NCBI GenBank assembly: GCA_964016885.1
Contig: OZ024743.1
Span: forward strand, 39,494,001 to 39,558,000
Direction of reading: 5' to 3'
DNA from: Eledone cirrhosa
Taxonomy: Eukaryota
DNA length: 64,000 nucleotides
Position numbers and translations under genes: made by a program. Below, one piece after another: positions 1 through 12,469 of this stretch (positions within the stretch are counted from its first letter, which is position 1; each line of letters starts with the position of its first letter). The notes below the pieces were generated by a model, which saw only the letters and a program-made list of their open reading frames with translations, was not told where the DNA came from and ran no database searches.

Positions 1-678
1 TTCTTTACCATTTGTTTGGCATTTTCTAAATCCTCCTGAGTTACCGTAAATGCTTCGAACTGTTTTGCTACTCTGGCGAAACTGAGGGGGGTTTTTATAA
101 TGTCATTGTTGTTGTTGTTGCTATCGTTAATATTAATTTTATTTTCAGTTGTGGTGGTGGTGACGTCAGTCGTCTTTGGTGGGGAAGAGTCCATTTTGCT
201 CTATTTCATTTCGACATCACGAGTTAATTTATTTTTTCTCCTTTTGTTTCTGTTATCGCGGCGGTGGTGGTGGTGGTGGAGGCTTTAACACCTGCAGTCA
301 TTGGTAATGGCGGGAAATGAATGTCTGCCTGAGACAAATTTAAAATATTGCTAGTGCTTCTTTTGTTTTTGTGTTGGCAAACGTAGTAACATTTACAATG
401 GTGGTGTTGGTGTGAGGAGTTAATTTGTGAGGAAGGCTTTCAGCTGCTTGGTGCAGAGTTCAAATAGCCATTTTTTTCAAAGAAATTTTTTGATAATAAT
501 AAAAGTTTAAATTTTGGGCACAATGCCCCAATCCTTTTGGGTGTCCTTTTCGGAAAACAATGTATGTGCGCTTATAAACAGTTAACAATAACATTTTCCA
601 TAAATGACAATTTTTAACAAACGGAAATAACAAACTTTTGCGGAGCTCACGATGATACGATTTACTACGTAGGTCGCC
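1..678 (-). mobile_element. 5' end (leader plus degenerate Thr/Asn-rich ORF1 start) of an L1/Tx1-like LINE, running off the window start
   Basis: Minus strand starts right after (ATT)n with TGGCGACC...GTGAGCTCCG, which resembles the 5' end at ~25110 (GTGAGCTCCGTGAG). A low-complexity ACC/AAC-rich coding-like stretch follows, as at 24600-24840. Confidence 0.45.

Positions 679-766
<88 letters not shown>
679..766 (+). repeat. (AAT)n microsatellite, target of Dong-like elements
   Basis: About 29 AAT units read directly. Confidence 0.98.
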
Positions 767-767
<1 letters not shown>

Positions 768-1077
768 TGATCCCTGGGGCGGAGCAAACTAAAACATTCT
801 GGAGAGGAATATGGGAGCAGGATGTTAGACATAATGTCCAGGCAGGGTGGATTGAGACAGTACAGAGGGAGATCGGTGAGCAGGCACACCAACAAACTGA
901 TTTGAGTATCACAGTTGAAACTCTTAAGGGGCAGGCCAAAAAACTAAACAACTGGATATCACCAGGCCCAGATGGTGTGCAGGGGCATTGGATTAAAAAT
1001 TTAACATCCCTCCACCCGAAGCTGACGGCCATGTTCAATGACTGCTTGGTGTCGGGTGAGGTGCCAGAGTGGTTGAC
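767..1077 (+). mobile_element. Internal fragment of R4/Dong family A (pre-RT region, SPGPDG motif)
   Basis: Nearly identical to 4102-4412. Encodes IPGAEQTKTFWRGIWE...SPGPDGVQG. Confidence 0.92.
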
Positions 1078-2878
1078 TCTTTATCACCGCTTTTATTCTG
1101 CATCGCACTTATACCATTAAGTAAAATGCTCAATGAAACAAAACATGGATATAAAGTCTATGACAAAACTATTAATCACTTGTTCTACATGGATGACCTG
1201 AAACTATTTGCAAAAAAATGATCAACAATTGCAAGGGCTAATATCCACTGTGGAGCAGTTCAGTGATGACATTAAAATGGAGTTTGGACTAGATAAATGC
1301 GCCAAAGCAACGTTCACCAGAGGAAAGCTGCTGAATAGTTCAGACATTAATCTTGATCGGGGGAACGTGATAAGAGAACTTGATCAAAGAAAAACTTACA
1401 CATATCTAGGTGTTTGTGAAGGAGACGGAATCAAGCACTCGACAATGAGAGAAAGGATAAGGAAGGAATGTTACCGCAGAGTAAGAGCAATCTTAAGAAC
1501 AGAATTGAATGCAAGGAATAGGATCGATGCCATAAACACGCTTGCCATACCAGTAGTAACCTACAGGTACAATGTCATCAACTGGTCAAGCACAGAGATC
1601 CGTAGGCTCGATACAAAAATTCGAAAATTCTTAACCATGCACAGAATGCATCACCCTAAGGCAGATATAGATGTAATATATCTCCCTAGGAAAGAAGGAG
1701 CATGTGGGTTAATCCAGTTAGACATTGCGTTGAAACCTACAACAATTGGATTATCTACATATCTAAGGGAATCACATGATTGGATGATCAAACTCGCTTT
1801 GAAAGCCGAAAGCATCAACAGATCATACTCCATTACAAAAGATGCACAAAGATACAGTAATGGACTACACATTTCATATGTCCCATTTACTGCTGAAATG
1901 GAAAACACAGAAAAAGCAAAGCAGGTAAAAGTAACTGCTAACAAAGAACTGCGACAGAAACTGGCTAAGAAATAGCAAGAAAAGCCTCTGTATGGAAAAT
2001 ACCCAGAGCGAGCTAACAATCCTGATGTTGACAAAACTTTAACCCATCAGTGGTTGGCATCCTCTGGACTGAAATCGGACTGAAGGACTGATTATATCAG
2101 CACAAGATCAGTGTCTGCCAACAAAAAATTACCAAGCCAACATAATAAAAAATGGGTGCAGCCCATTATGCCGTGTATGCAAAAAACAACCAGAGACCAT
2201 TGATCATATAATTTCAATGTGCAGTCCTATAGCTCCAACCGAATACCTAAACAGGCATGACAGAGCTGCACAATACATACACTGGATAAGGTGTAAGCAT
2301 ATTGACCTGCCCCATCAAAAGAATTGGTGGGAGCATCAACCACCTCCCATACTTGAAAAAGATCACATCTCAATCTTGTGGAACTTTAGCATCCAAACAG
2401 ACCGAAAAATAGATGCAAATAGACCTGATATAATATTGAAGGACTTTAAAAAGAGGGTATGCCTGCTAATTGTTATGTCTGTTCCAATAGACAAGAATGT
2501 ATCTATAAAAACATTTGAAAAATTAAGCAAGTATAAGGACCTGGAGATAGAAATTGTAAACATGTGGAAATTGAGAACTAAACCAATACCAGTGGTTGTA
2601 GGCGCTCTGGAAATGATACCTGAGGGGCCTAATGATTACTTATCGCAAATCCCAGGAAACCCGCGTATAGGAGAAATACAAAAGATAGTACTAATGGGAA
2701 CTGCCCATATACTAAGGAAGATTCTGTCAATATAAGTACATCACAAGTCTAAACACTAAATATGCATGTGTGAGTATGTATGTTCTTTCTTGAACATGGC
2801 GGACCTTGTTGTCTCTTGAGGTCACTGGTTGTGACTTGGTGATAACTCGTATGAACATAAAGCAAGATAAATGCAACT

Positions 2879-2880
<2 letters not shown>
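1078..2880 (+). mobile_element. 5'-truncated R4/Dong-clade RLE non-LTR retrotransposon, family B
   Basis: Contains HLFYMDDLKL (RT), YLGV, CRVCKKQPETIDHIISMC (CCHC), RHD, and RPDIILKD...SVP...KLSKYKDL (PD-D/ExK endonuclease). Has frameshifts and a stop. The 3'UTR 2736-2880 ends in (AAT)n. Confidence 0.93.
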
Positions 2881-2937
<57 letters not shown>

Positions 2938-2951
2938 CATAATAATAATAA
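2881..2951 (+). repeat. (AAT)n spacer between tandem Dong elements
   Basis: Read directly. Confidence 0.97.
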
Positions 2952-5900
2952 TGGTGGCTATGTAACCATACATTCGCCAATCCTCGATAAGAGTGTTTAA
3001 ATATCGAACATAAACAGTTCGAATAACGGTGAAATGGAGACTAGAACGTCATGTGACAGACTCTCACCCAACAGGTGCCCCCTGGCTCAGCAGCAGGAAC
3101 CTGACTGTCAACCAAATACTGCTGATGTTGGAGGAAGGAGAAGAAGGAAAGGGGCCAGAACCAACTGGACGAAAGAATTGAATAGAACTGTTATGCAATG
3201 TTACCTGAAAAGTAACCCCAAGGAGAGGGGCTAAAGGAGACGGATGCAGAACATCTGGAACGAGATTGGTTTATTTAAATTAGATGAACAAAAATTGGCC
3301 GGGCAGGCTCGGGTAATAAGAACTAATTGGTGGATAAGCGAGCTGGAACTGGAGGAACTGAGCAGAGAGAATGGCTTGGAGATGGCGGGTGTAGTATGCC
3401 AGACAAGCGAGCCAGTGGGAAATGAAGGTGTAGAGGTCCTGAGAACGGAGGAACCACCCGAAGCAGACAATGATCTGAATACTGAGATAAATAATACCTG
3501 GAACAGAGATACGGCCACTGAGGAGATGAATGCTGACGGGCTAGGACAAGATTCGGTTGACATCCTAAATTTAGTGGTAGATGAATTGAACAATGATAGT
3601 GGGAGACCTATGAACCTAAGATTTGTAGACAGGAAAAAGTTAAAAGAAACAACAGCTAAGGTAAACAAAGTCATCCCATACCTTGCGGCGAGGAGCCTTC
3701 ACCAGTGCAACAATATCCTCAAAGCAACAGCAAATACGGTGAGGAAACTACTTGGTATAAAAGCGAGAGGAAACAACAGACAAGAAAGAGCAGAGCCGTG
3801 GTGGAAGAAGCGACTGAGTGGGCAAATCGGGGAAATGAGAAATGACATAGGAAAGCTTGAGTCACTACTGAATGGGACACTAAAAAATATAGGCACTAAA
3901 AATAGACTGGAAATAAAATACAAAACTAGGAGGAAAAAGCAAAATATTATCATAGAGGAACTGAAGCAACGCATTGTAGCAAAGAGTGCAAAAATCAGGC
4001 GATGCGAGAACAGAGTCAGTCAGCATAAACAGAACCGCATGTTCGACAACAACCAGAAGATGCTGTTTGGACAGCTTGAGGGGAAAGAAAGAGGCAACGA
4101 CTTGATCCCTGGGGCGGAGCAAACTAAAACATTCTGGAGAGGAATATGGGAGCAGGATGTTAGACATAATGTCCAGGCAGGGTGGATTGAGACAGTACAG
4201 AGGGAGATCGGTGAGCAGGCACAACAACAAACTGATTTGAGTATCACAGTTGAAACTCTTAAGGGGCAGGCCAAAAAACTAACCAACTGGAAATCACCAG
4301 GCCCAGATGTTGTGCAGGGGTATTGGATTAAACATTTAACATCCCTCCACCCGAAGCTGACGGCCATGTTCAATGACTGCTTGGTGTCGGGTGAGGTGCC
4401 AGAGTGGTTGACAAAAGGTACCACAGTTCTGATAATGAAAGACCGAATCAAGGGTAATGATGTTACCAACTATAGACCTATCACATGTCTGTCCGTAATG
4501 CGGAAACTGTTGACGAGCATTGTGTCTGAGGAAATCTACCATCACCTCCACACAAACAACTTGTTACCGGACGAACAGAAAGGATGCCGAAAGAAGTCAC
4601 GTGGTACAAAGGACCAGTTACTTATTGATAAGATGGTAATGGGGAATTGCAGGAGGAGACACACTGATCTTGCCATGGGATGGATAGACTACAGAAAGGC
4701 ATTTGACATGGTGCCTCATTCTTGGATCACCAAAAGCCTGGAGATCTTCGGGGTGGCAGATAACATCAGACAGTTGCTAGGCAGGAGTATGGGGTCCTGG
4801 GAGACAGAGTTGACATCAACTGGAGTATCCTTGGGAAGCGTGAAGATCAAGAGAGGTATCTTCCAGGGAGATAGCCTGTCCCCTCTGTTGTTTGACTTGC
4901 CCTGATGCCCTTGACCATTATGCTGCGAAAAGTGAGAGCAGGATACAAGTTGGGAAGGGGAGAGCTTACCATCAATCACCTCCTCTTCATGGACGATCTT
5001 AAGCTCTTCGGGAAAAGTGAAAAGGAGTTGGATGTGCTTGTTGACACTGTCCGTATTTTCAGCAGTGATATATGTATGCAGTTTGGTATTGGTAAATGTG
5101 GAGTCATTGTGATGAGGAGGGGTAGGTTGAGCAGAAGTAACGGGATCCAGATACCAACAGGTGAGATGATAAAGGAAATTGACTCTGAGGGAGGATACAA
5201 GTATTTGGGCGTTCTGGAGGCTGATGGCATAAAGAACAAAAAAATGAAGGAATTGTTAAGAACTGAATACATTCGGAGAGTAAGGAGCGTATTGAAGTCA
5301 CATCTGAACAGCAGAAATGCCATAAGTGCAGTAAATTCCCGAGCTGTGTCTATTATTAGGTACAGTGCGGGAATTCTGAGATGGAATGTTGCTGAACAAA
5401 AAGAAATGGATAGGAAGACTAGGAAGCTATTGACTATCTACAACATGTTCCACAAGAGGAGTGATGTCGATAGACTCTACCTAAGGAGATCTGAGGGTGG
5501 AAGAGGTCTTATCAGCATAGAGGATGTGTTCAGATGGAGAAAAACAACCTATACAAATACGTGACCTATAGTAAGGAGCCAATGCTCAGAACTGTACTGA
5601 AGGAGGGGACAGTAGGCCAGGGGATGTCCAAGGAGGAAATAACATCAAGGAGGAAGAGCAGCCTTAAGGGAAAATCCCTTCATAGTACCTACTTTGAGAA
5701 AACTGAATTTAGAGATCCACAGACATGGAACTGGTTGAGAAGAGGAGACCTCAAATAGGCTACAGAAGGAATGCTAATGGCTGCGCAAGAGCAGGCCCTC
5801 AAAACGAAGTGGTTGAAGCACCATATATACAAGGAGGAGGCTAGCCCACTGTGCAGGATCTGTGGAGAGAGAGAGGAGACTGTGGCTCACATTGTGTCCG

Positions 5901-6499
5901 GGTGTAAACACCTAGCCCAGACTCACTATAAGGGCTGGAGACACGATGTGATGGGCAGGGTGATCCACTGGCACCTGTGCAAAGTAAACAATTTACCACA
6001 TTCTGAGAAATGGTATGAGCATAGGCCAGAGGCGGTGATGGAGAACGATCAGGTGACGGTGCTGTGGGATTTTAGGATACAGACGGACAAAAAACTGGAA
6101 CACAATAGCCCTGACCTGGTGGTTGTGGACAAAGAAAAAAGATCGTGTCTGATTGTGGATGTGGCCTGCCCGTTCGACACGAGAGTGCAAGAGAAGGAGA
6201 GGGAGAAAATTAACCGATACCAGGACCTAAAGTGGGAGGTTAAAAGGATTTGGAACTGCCATGAAGTCAAAGTGATCCCGATTGTCATAGGCGCACTGGG
6301 GACTATCTCCAAAAGTTTCCAGGGATGGTTAAAGAAAATCGGCCCCTTCACGCTTTTTGGAACGCTTCAAAATGCATGCTTGCTTGGAACAGCAAGAACC
6401 CTCCGATACGTCCTGAATATCTGAGGCTGCAGGTAGTGGCTTGATATTCAATCCAACGGACTTTCCAGTTAACCAACATCAATGACTGAGATTCAAGGA
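2952..6499 (+). mobile_element. R4/Dong family A element with complete coding region and truncated 5' leader
   Basis: Contains the R4/Dong-type N-terminus (RTNWTKELNRTVMQCY...EQKLAGQARVI), [59 protein letters not shown] and PDLVV...DVACP..KINRYQDL. Flanked by (AAT)n on both sides. Confidence 0.95.
3034..6424 (+). pseudogene. Disrupted single ORF (~1130 codons) encoding RT, zinc knuckle and restriction-like endonuclease
   Basis: ORF pieces 3034-3234, 3244-4905, 4905-5564, 5534-5758 and 5771-6424 join across two stops and two frameshifts. Confidence 0.92.
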
Positions 6500-6507
6500 A
6501 TAACAAC

Positions 6508-6543
<36 letters not shown>
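6500..6543 (+). repeat. (AAC/AAT)n tract at the 3' junction of family A
   Basis: Read directly. Confidence 0.95.
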
Positions 6544-6544
<1 letters not shown>

Positions 6545-6729
6545 TTTTCTTTATTAACCACAAGGGTTTACATGAAGTAGACATTAAGGACAGTACAGGA
6601 CAATACAGGACGGTACAAATGGGCATTTCTGCGTGTAAAAAAAAAACAGAGGATGAAATAAAATAACAAAGAAAAATTCCCCAATAGGGGGGAGACTTCC
6701 GAGGGAGATTTGTGGAGAAAGCCCATTAA
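6544..6729 (-). mobile_element. 3'UTR tip of an L1/Tx1-like LINE, flanked by (AAT)n on both sides
   Basis: Minus strand ends CCTTGTGGTTAATAAAGAAAAC-(ATT)n. Similar to 12105-12240 and to 18840-18975 (TTTGTACCGTCCTGTA). Confidence 0.7.

Positions 6730-6789
<60 letters not shown>
6730..6789 (+). repeat. (AAT)n microsatellite
   Basis: Read directly. Confidence 0.97.
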
Positions 6790-7304
6790 TAAAACAATTG
6801 TGATACAATAATTCTTATTGCAAGTGGAGCATAATATATCAGTCATACTCTCAGGAAGTGGCAACGCATCACATTATGGCATAGGGCTCCAATATTTAAT
6901 ATTTAATTTTGTACCAGAAATTTTATAGTCAGAAAAGAAATTGGCAATAAAACAGCAACCATATAACTTCACCACCAAAACCACCACCGCCGCCGCCACC
7001 ATCACCACTACCACAAAAAATCTTGCCAAATACAAACCAGTACCATTCCTATAGTACTGCTATCCCATCACAACCGCCACCAATGCATCATCGCTACCAC
7101 CACTATTCCCTCACCACTTACGAGGTGATAGTGCCGCTACATATGAAAAGAAGCGAAGAAGGTATCAAAAGATATAAATAGACTGGGTTAGTGACTCGGT
7201 CAAACAGCTAACAACAACAACAACACCAAAATAATTATGTTGTATCTCGAAACGCTCTCAAAATGTTTAGTTTAAACGATGTCAAATCTGAACTATAATA
7301 TAAT

Positions 7305-7590
7305 AATAATTATTTGTGTTTTTGGCACGAGGCCAGCAATTGCCCCGGTGTGTTGCTGGTGCTTTGTTTTGTCGGCCCCGTAAGGATGAAAGGAAAAATG
7401 AAAATAATAAGTGTTTCTACTTTTGGCACAAGGCCAGCAATTAACCAGTGTATTACTGGTACTTTATTTTATCGACCCCGTAGGGATGAGGGGCGGGGTT
7501 ATCCGCGGCGGGATTTGAACTCCCACCATAGGGGGACGTAGCTCTGTGCTTCAGGGCATGATTTCCGACTCAATACCAATACTGCCAAAT
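7305..7590 (-). mobile_element. tRNA-derived SINE: one copy plus a partial 3' copy
   Basis: B box GAGTTCAAATCCCGCC, central CATCCCTACGGGGTCGATAAAATAAAGTACC, and 3' GGCCTTGTGCCAAAAGTAGAAAC. Confidence 0.85.
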
Positions 7591-7889
7591 GATAAGCAAC
7601 AAATCGAAAAATTATAGAACAGAACACAGACAAAAGAAAAATGCAACAACAAGTTTTGAACACAACAACACATAGTTCCCTTGGCAGCAGCAGCAGCAGC
7701 AGTAGCAACAGCAACAACACTGGTAACCGGTGTTACTGACCTTGAAAAACGCAAAGGAAAAAAAAACAAAAAAAAAATAAGTCAGACATTCAAATATTAC
7801 TATGAAACATATGTTTATTTTTGAAAGTTTTTATCTATTTATTTGTTTATTTATTTATGTCCGTCTACAGCGTGATGATGCCACGCTAA

Positions 7890-7955
7890 AATCACCGGGG
7901 GTGATGAAATAACTGGGGGTGATGAAATAACTGGGGGTGATGAAATCACCGGTGG
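7890..7955 (+). repeat. 18-bp tandem repeat (ACTGGGGGTGATGAAATA, ~3.5 copies) in the family A 5'UTR
   Basis: Read directly. A diverged 2-3 copy version lies at 60725-60770 on the minus strand. Confidence 0.9.
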
Positions 7956-8561
7956 TTATGTAACCATACATTCACCAATCCTCGATATGAGTGTTTAAAT
8001 GTAGAACCTAAAGAGTTCGAATAACGGTGAAGAGGACACTGGAACGTTATGTGACAGAATCTCACTCAGCAAGTGCTCCTTGGCGCAGACACGGGGACCT
8101 GTCTGTCATCCAAATACTGCTGGTGTTGGAGGAAGAAGAAGAAGTATTGGGACAAGAACCAACTGGACGAAAGAATTGAATAGAAATGTTATGCAATGTT
8201 ACCTGAAGAGTAACCCCAAGGAAAAATGCTATAGGTAGCGGATGCATAACATATGGAACGAGATTGGTCTGTTTAAATTAGATGAACAAAAATTGGCCGG
8301 GCAGGTTCGGGTAATAAGAACTAATGGATGGATAAGCGAGTTGGAGCTGGAGGGACTCAGCAGAGAGATTGAGTTGGAAATGGAGAGTGGAGTATGCCAG
8401 GCAAACGAGCCAGTGGGAAATGAAGGTGAAGAGGTTGAGAGGCCGGAGGAACCATCCGAAGCAGACAATGATCTGAATGCAAATATAAATAACATCTGGA
8501 ACAAAGATGCGGCCATTGAGGAAATGAATGATGACGGGCTCGGACAAGATTTGATTGATAT

Positions 8562-8981
8562 TGTAGAAGATCACGCCACCTAGCTTTAACTTTAGAGGTA
8601 GTCGATAACTGCACTTAGTTCTGACGTCAGTAGCTGAATACACTCACTCTAGGACTTTGTTTCTTGAGGCGAGCAGAGGCGTTTCACTGTGGCGAAACAG
8701 CTATATTGCAGCATGCGGTCACGGGATATTTGAAGACCGCCACGAAATGATAATTACGAATCACCAATAAATAGCAACTGATATTATAACCTGTTTTGTT
8801 TATTGCTCTGATTAAAATGCTCATGTACATATAATCTCGAGGTAAGTTCTTTTTGCTTAAGTGTTTACCTACACCTAACAACAAATAGAAGAGATGTTCT
8901 ACCAGCCAAGCTAGGGAAACCAATTCCCCTCTAAATAGTAAAACAAGCAGCCTTCTAAAATTGGTGACCATCTCTCCTAAA
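8562..8981. mobile_element. Probable solo LTR (Gypsy-like) inserted into Dong A
   Basis: A 420-bp insertion that interrupts family A homology. Starts TGTAGAAGA and ends TCTCCTAAA (imperfect inverted termini). ATAT is duplicated at 8558-8561 and 8982-8985. Confidence 0.75.
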
Positions 8982-11885
8982 ATATCCAAAACTTAGTGGT
9001 AGATGAAATGAACAATGATAGTGGGAAACCTATGAACCTAAGATTTGTAGACAGGAAAAAGTTGAAAGAAACAACAGCTAAGGTGAACAAAGTCATCCCA
9101 TACCTTGAGGCGAGGAACCTTCACCAATGCAACAATATCCTCAAAGCAACAGAAAATGCGGTGAGGAAATTACTTGGCATAAAAACGAGAGGAAACAGCA
9201 AACAAGAAAGATCAGAACCTTGCTGGAAGAAACAACTGAATGGTCAAATCAAGGAAATGAGAAATGACATTGGAAAGCTTGAGTCCCTACTGAATGGGAC
9301 GCTACAAAACATAGACACTCTAAAATAGACTGGAAATAAAGTACAAACCTAGGAGGAAAAGGTAAATATTATGATAGAGGAACTGAAGCAACGCATTGTA
9401 GCAAAGATGCCAATATTAGGCGGTATGAGAGCAGAGTCAGTCAGTATAGACTGAACCACATGTTTGACAACAACCAGAAGATGTTGTTTGGGCGGCTTGA
9501 AGGGAAAGAAAGAGGCAACGACTTGATCCCTGAGGCAGAACCGACTAAAACATTCCGGAGAGGAATATGGGAGCAGGATGTTGAACATAATGATCAGGAA
9601 GTGTGGATTGAGACAGTACAAAATGAGATTAATGAACAAGCACACCAACAAACTGATTTGAGTATCACAGTTGAAACTCTTAAAGGTCAGGCCAGAAAAC
9701 TAACCAACTGGAAATCACCAGGCCCAGATGGTGTGCACGGGTATGGGATTAAAAATATAACATCCCTCCAACCGGAACTGACAACCATGTTCAATGACTG
9801 CTTGATGTCGGGTGAGGTACCAGATTGGTTGACAAAGGGTACCACAGTCCTGGTAATGAAATACCGAATCAAGAGTAATGATGCTACCAACTATAGACCT
9901 ATCACATGTCTATGCGTAATGTGGAAACTGTCAACACAAACAACTTGTTACCGGACGAACAGAAAGGATGCCGAAAGAAGTCCCGTGGTACAAAGTACCA
10001 GTTACTTATTGATAAGATGGTAATGAGGAATTTCTTGCCATGGGACAGATAGAGTACAAAAAGGCATTTGACATGGTGCCTCATTCTTGGATCACCAAAA
10101 GGCTAGAGATCGTCAAGGTGGCGGATAACATCAGACAGTTGTTGGGCAAAAGTATGAAGTCCTGGAAAACAGAGTTAACATCAGCTGGAGAATCCTTGGG
10201 AGGCGTAAAGATCAAGAGAGATATCTTCCAGGGAGATAATATTTCCTCTCTGTTGTTTGTCCTTGCCCTGATGCCCCTGACCATTATACTGCGAAAAGTG
10301 AGAGCAGGATGCACGTTGGGAAAGGGACAGCTTACCATCAATCACCTCTTCTTTCTGGACGATCTTAAGCTCTTCGGGAAGAGTGAGAAGGAGTTGGATG
10401 TGCATGTTGACACTGTCCGTCTTTTCAGCAATGATATTTGTATGAAATTTGGTATTAGTAAGTGTGGATTCCGTGTGATGAAGAGGCGTACATTGAGTAG
10501 AAGCAACGGAATCCAGGTACCAACAGGTGAGATGATAAAGGAAATTGACACTGAGGAAGGATACAAGTATTTGACTGTTCCGGGGGCTGATGACACAAGA
10601 ACAACAAAATGAAGGAATTGATATGATCTGAATACATTCGAAGGGTAAGGAGCGTATTAAAGTCACATCTGAACAGTAGGAATGCCATAAGTGCAGTAAA
10701 TTCCAGAGCTTTGTCTATTATTATGTACATTGCGAGAAATCTGAGATGGAATGTTGCAAAACAAAAATAAATGGATAGGAAGACTAGGAAGCTATTGACT
10801 TTCTACAACATTTTCAACAAGAGGAGTGATGTCGATAGACTCTACTGAAGGAGATCTGAAGGTGGATGAGGTCTTATCAGCATAGAGGACTGTGTTCAGA
10901 TGGAGAGAACAGCCTACACAAATACGTGACGGATAGTAAGGAGCCAATGCTCAGAATTGTACAGAAGGAGAGGACAATAGACCAAGGGATGTCCAAGGAG
11001 GAAATAACAAGGAGAAAGAGCAACCTTCATGAAAAATCCCTTCATAGTACCTTCTTTGAGAAAACGAAATTCAGAAATCCACAGACATGGTACTAGTTGA
11101 AAGGAGGAGACCTTAAAAAGGCTACAGAAGGAATGCTAATAGCTGCGCAAGAGCAGGCCCTCAAAATGAAGTGGCTGAAACACCATATTTACAAGGAGGA
11201 GGCTAGACCACTTTGCAGGATATGCGGAGAGAGAGAGGAGACTGTGGCTCACATTGTATCCAAGTGTAAACACTTATCCCAGACTCACTATAAAGGCTGG
11301 AGACATGATATGATGGACAGGGTGATCCACTGGCACCTATGCAAAGTAAACAATTTACCACATTCTGAGAAGTGGTATGAGCATAAGCCAGAGTCGGTGA
11401 TAGAAAACGATCAGATGAAGGTGTTGTGGGATTTTAGGATACAGACGGACAAGAAATTGGAACACAATAGACTTGACCTGGTGGTTTTAGACAAGGAAAA
11501 AAAGATCGTGCATGATTGTGGATGTGGCCTGCCCATTCGACACGAGAGTGCAAGAGAAGGAGAGGGAGAAAATTAACCTATACCAGGACTTAAAGTGGGA
11601 GGTAAAAAGGATTTGGACCTGCCATGAAGTCAAAGTGGTCCCGATTGTCATAGGCGTACTAGGTACTATCTGAAGGAGTTTCCAAGGATGGTTAAAGAAT
11701 ATTAGTCCAGCCCCGCTTTTTGGAACACTTCAAAAGGCATGCTTGCTTGGAACAGCAAGAACCCTGCGATACGTCCTGAATATCTGAGGCTGCAGGTAGC
11801 AGCTTGATATTCATTTCAACAAACTTTCCAGTTAAATAACATCAATGACTGAGACTCAAAGAACAATAATAATAATTATAATAAT

Positions 11886-12095
11886 AATTCCTTATATAGG
11901 CACAAGGCCAGCATTTTTGGGGGAGGGGAAATACGATTAAATCGACCCAAGTACATTACAAGCTTTATTTTATCGACCCCGTAAAGATGAAGACAATGTT
12001 AACCTCGGCGGTATTTGAACTCAGAACATAAAGGGCCATGACTCCATGCCGCAGAGCTTGGTGTCCGATGTTCTACCCATACTGCCAATCCACAG
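11886..12095 (-). mobile_element. tRNA-derived SINE
   Basis: CTGAGTTCAAATACCGCCGAGGTTAAC...CTTTACGGGGTCGATAAAATAAAG...GGCCTTGTGCC on the minus strand. Confidence 0.9.
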
Positions 12096-12104
12096 GAAAA
12101 AGAA

Positions 12105-12435
12105 TAATTTCTTTATCGGCCACAAGGGCCTACACGTAGAGGACAATACAAAAAGACAGGGACAGTGGGGCTTTACAATCAAATAGAGTAATATATATAA
12201 AAACAAGAAAAATAAAAACAAATGTGTTCCCCAATAGAGCGGATCACCACCCAAGAGCGACTCAGGAACCCCACGAATACTTCTCCACCCGACGTTTCAA
12301 AGGGACCCCTCTCCTCCTCAAATTAACCAGCCTACAGGTCCATTAAGACAGAACATTCTCGCCACATTCATCTACCTTTTACTAAATGGTCTGTGAGGCA
12401 GTACTTCTCTCTCCACTTTAACCTTCCTAGCAAAA
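12105..12435 (-). mobile_element. 3' end of an L1/Tx1-like LINE (ORF2 C-terminus plus 3'UTR)
   Basis: Reads RKVKVEREVL..., matching KGKIRMEREVL (18660) and ERKVRVEREVV (23050). Ends GGCCCTTGTGGCCGATAAAGAAATTATT. Confidence 0.7.
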
Positions 12436-12469
12436 ATATATAGATTCCTGATAAACAGCAGAACGCTTC

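Larger units (their letters stand above)
6790..11863 (+). mobile_element. Older, near full-length R4/Dong family A copy including a ~1.2 kb 5' leader; interrupted by SINEs and a solo LTR
   Basis: Colinear with 2952-6499 from ~7950 to 11863, with many stops and frameshifts. Upstream 6790-7950 resembles 60720-62060 on the minus strand. Ends in an AAT tract. Confidence 0.85.

Noticed and set aside
670-680. TGGCGACC as an LTR primer-binding site
   Set aside because: No adjacent LTR, and the downstream sequence resembles the L1-like leader.
3231-6351. Minus-strand ORFs overlapping Dong A (and plus-strand ORFs at 55880-60616)
   Set aside because: They are antisense shadows of the RT ORF with no independent motifs.
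7890-7955. Short regular repeats, and the SINE arrays, as a possible CRISPR array
   Set aside because: There are no unique spacers or cas genes, and the context is eukaryotic transposon DNA.
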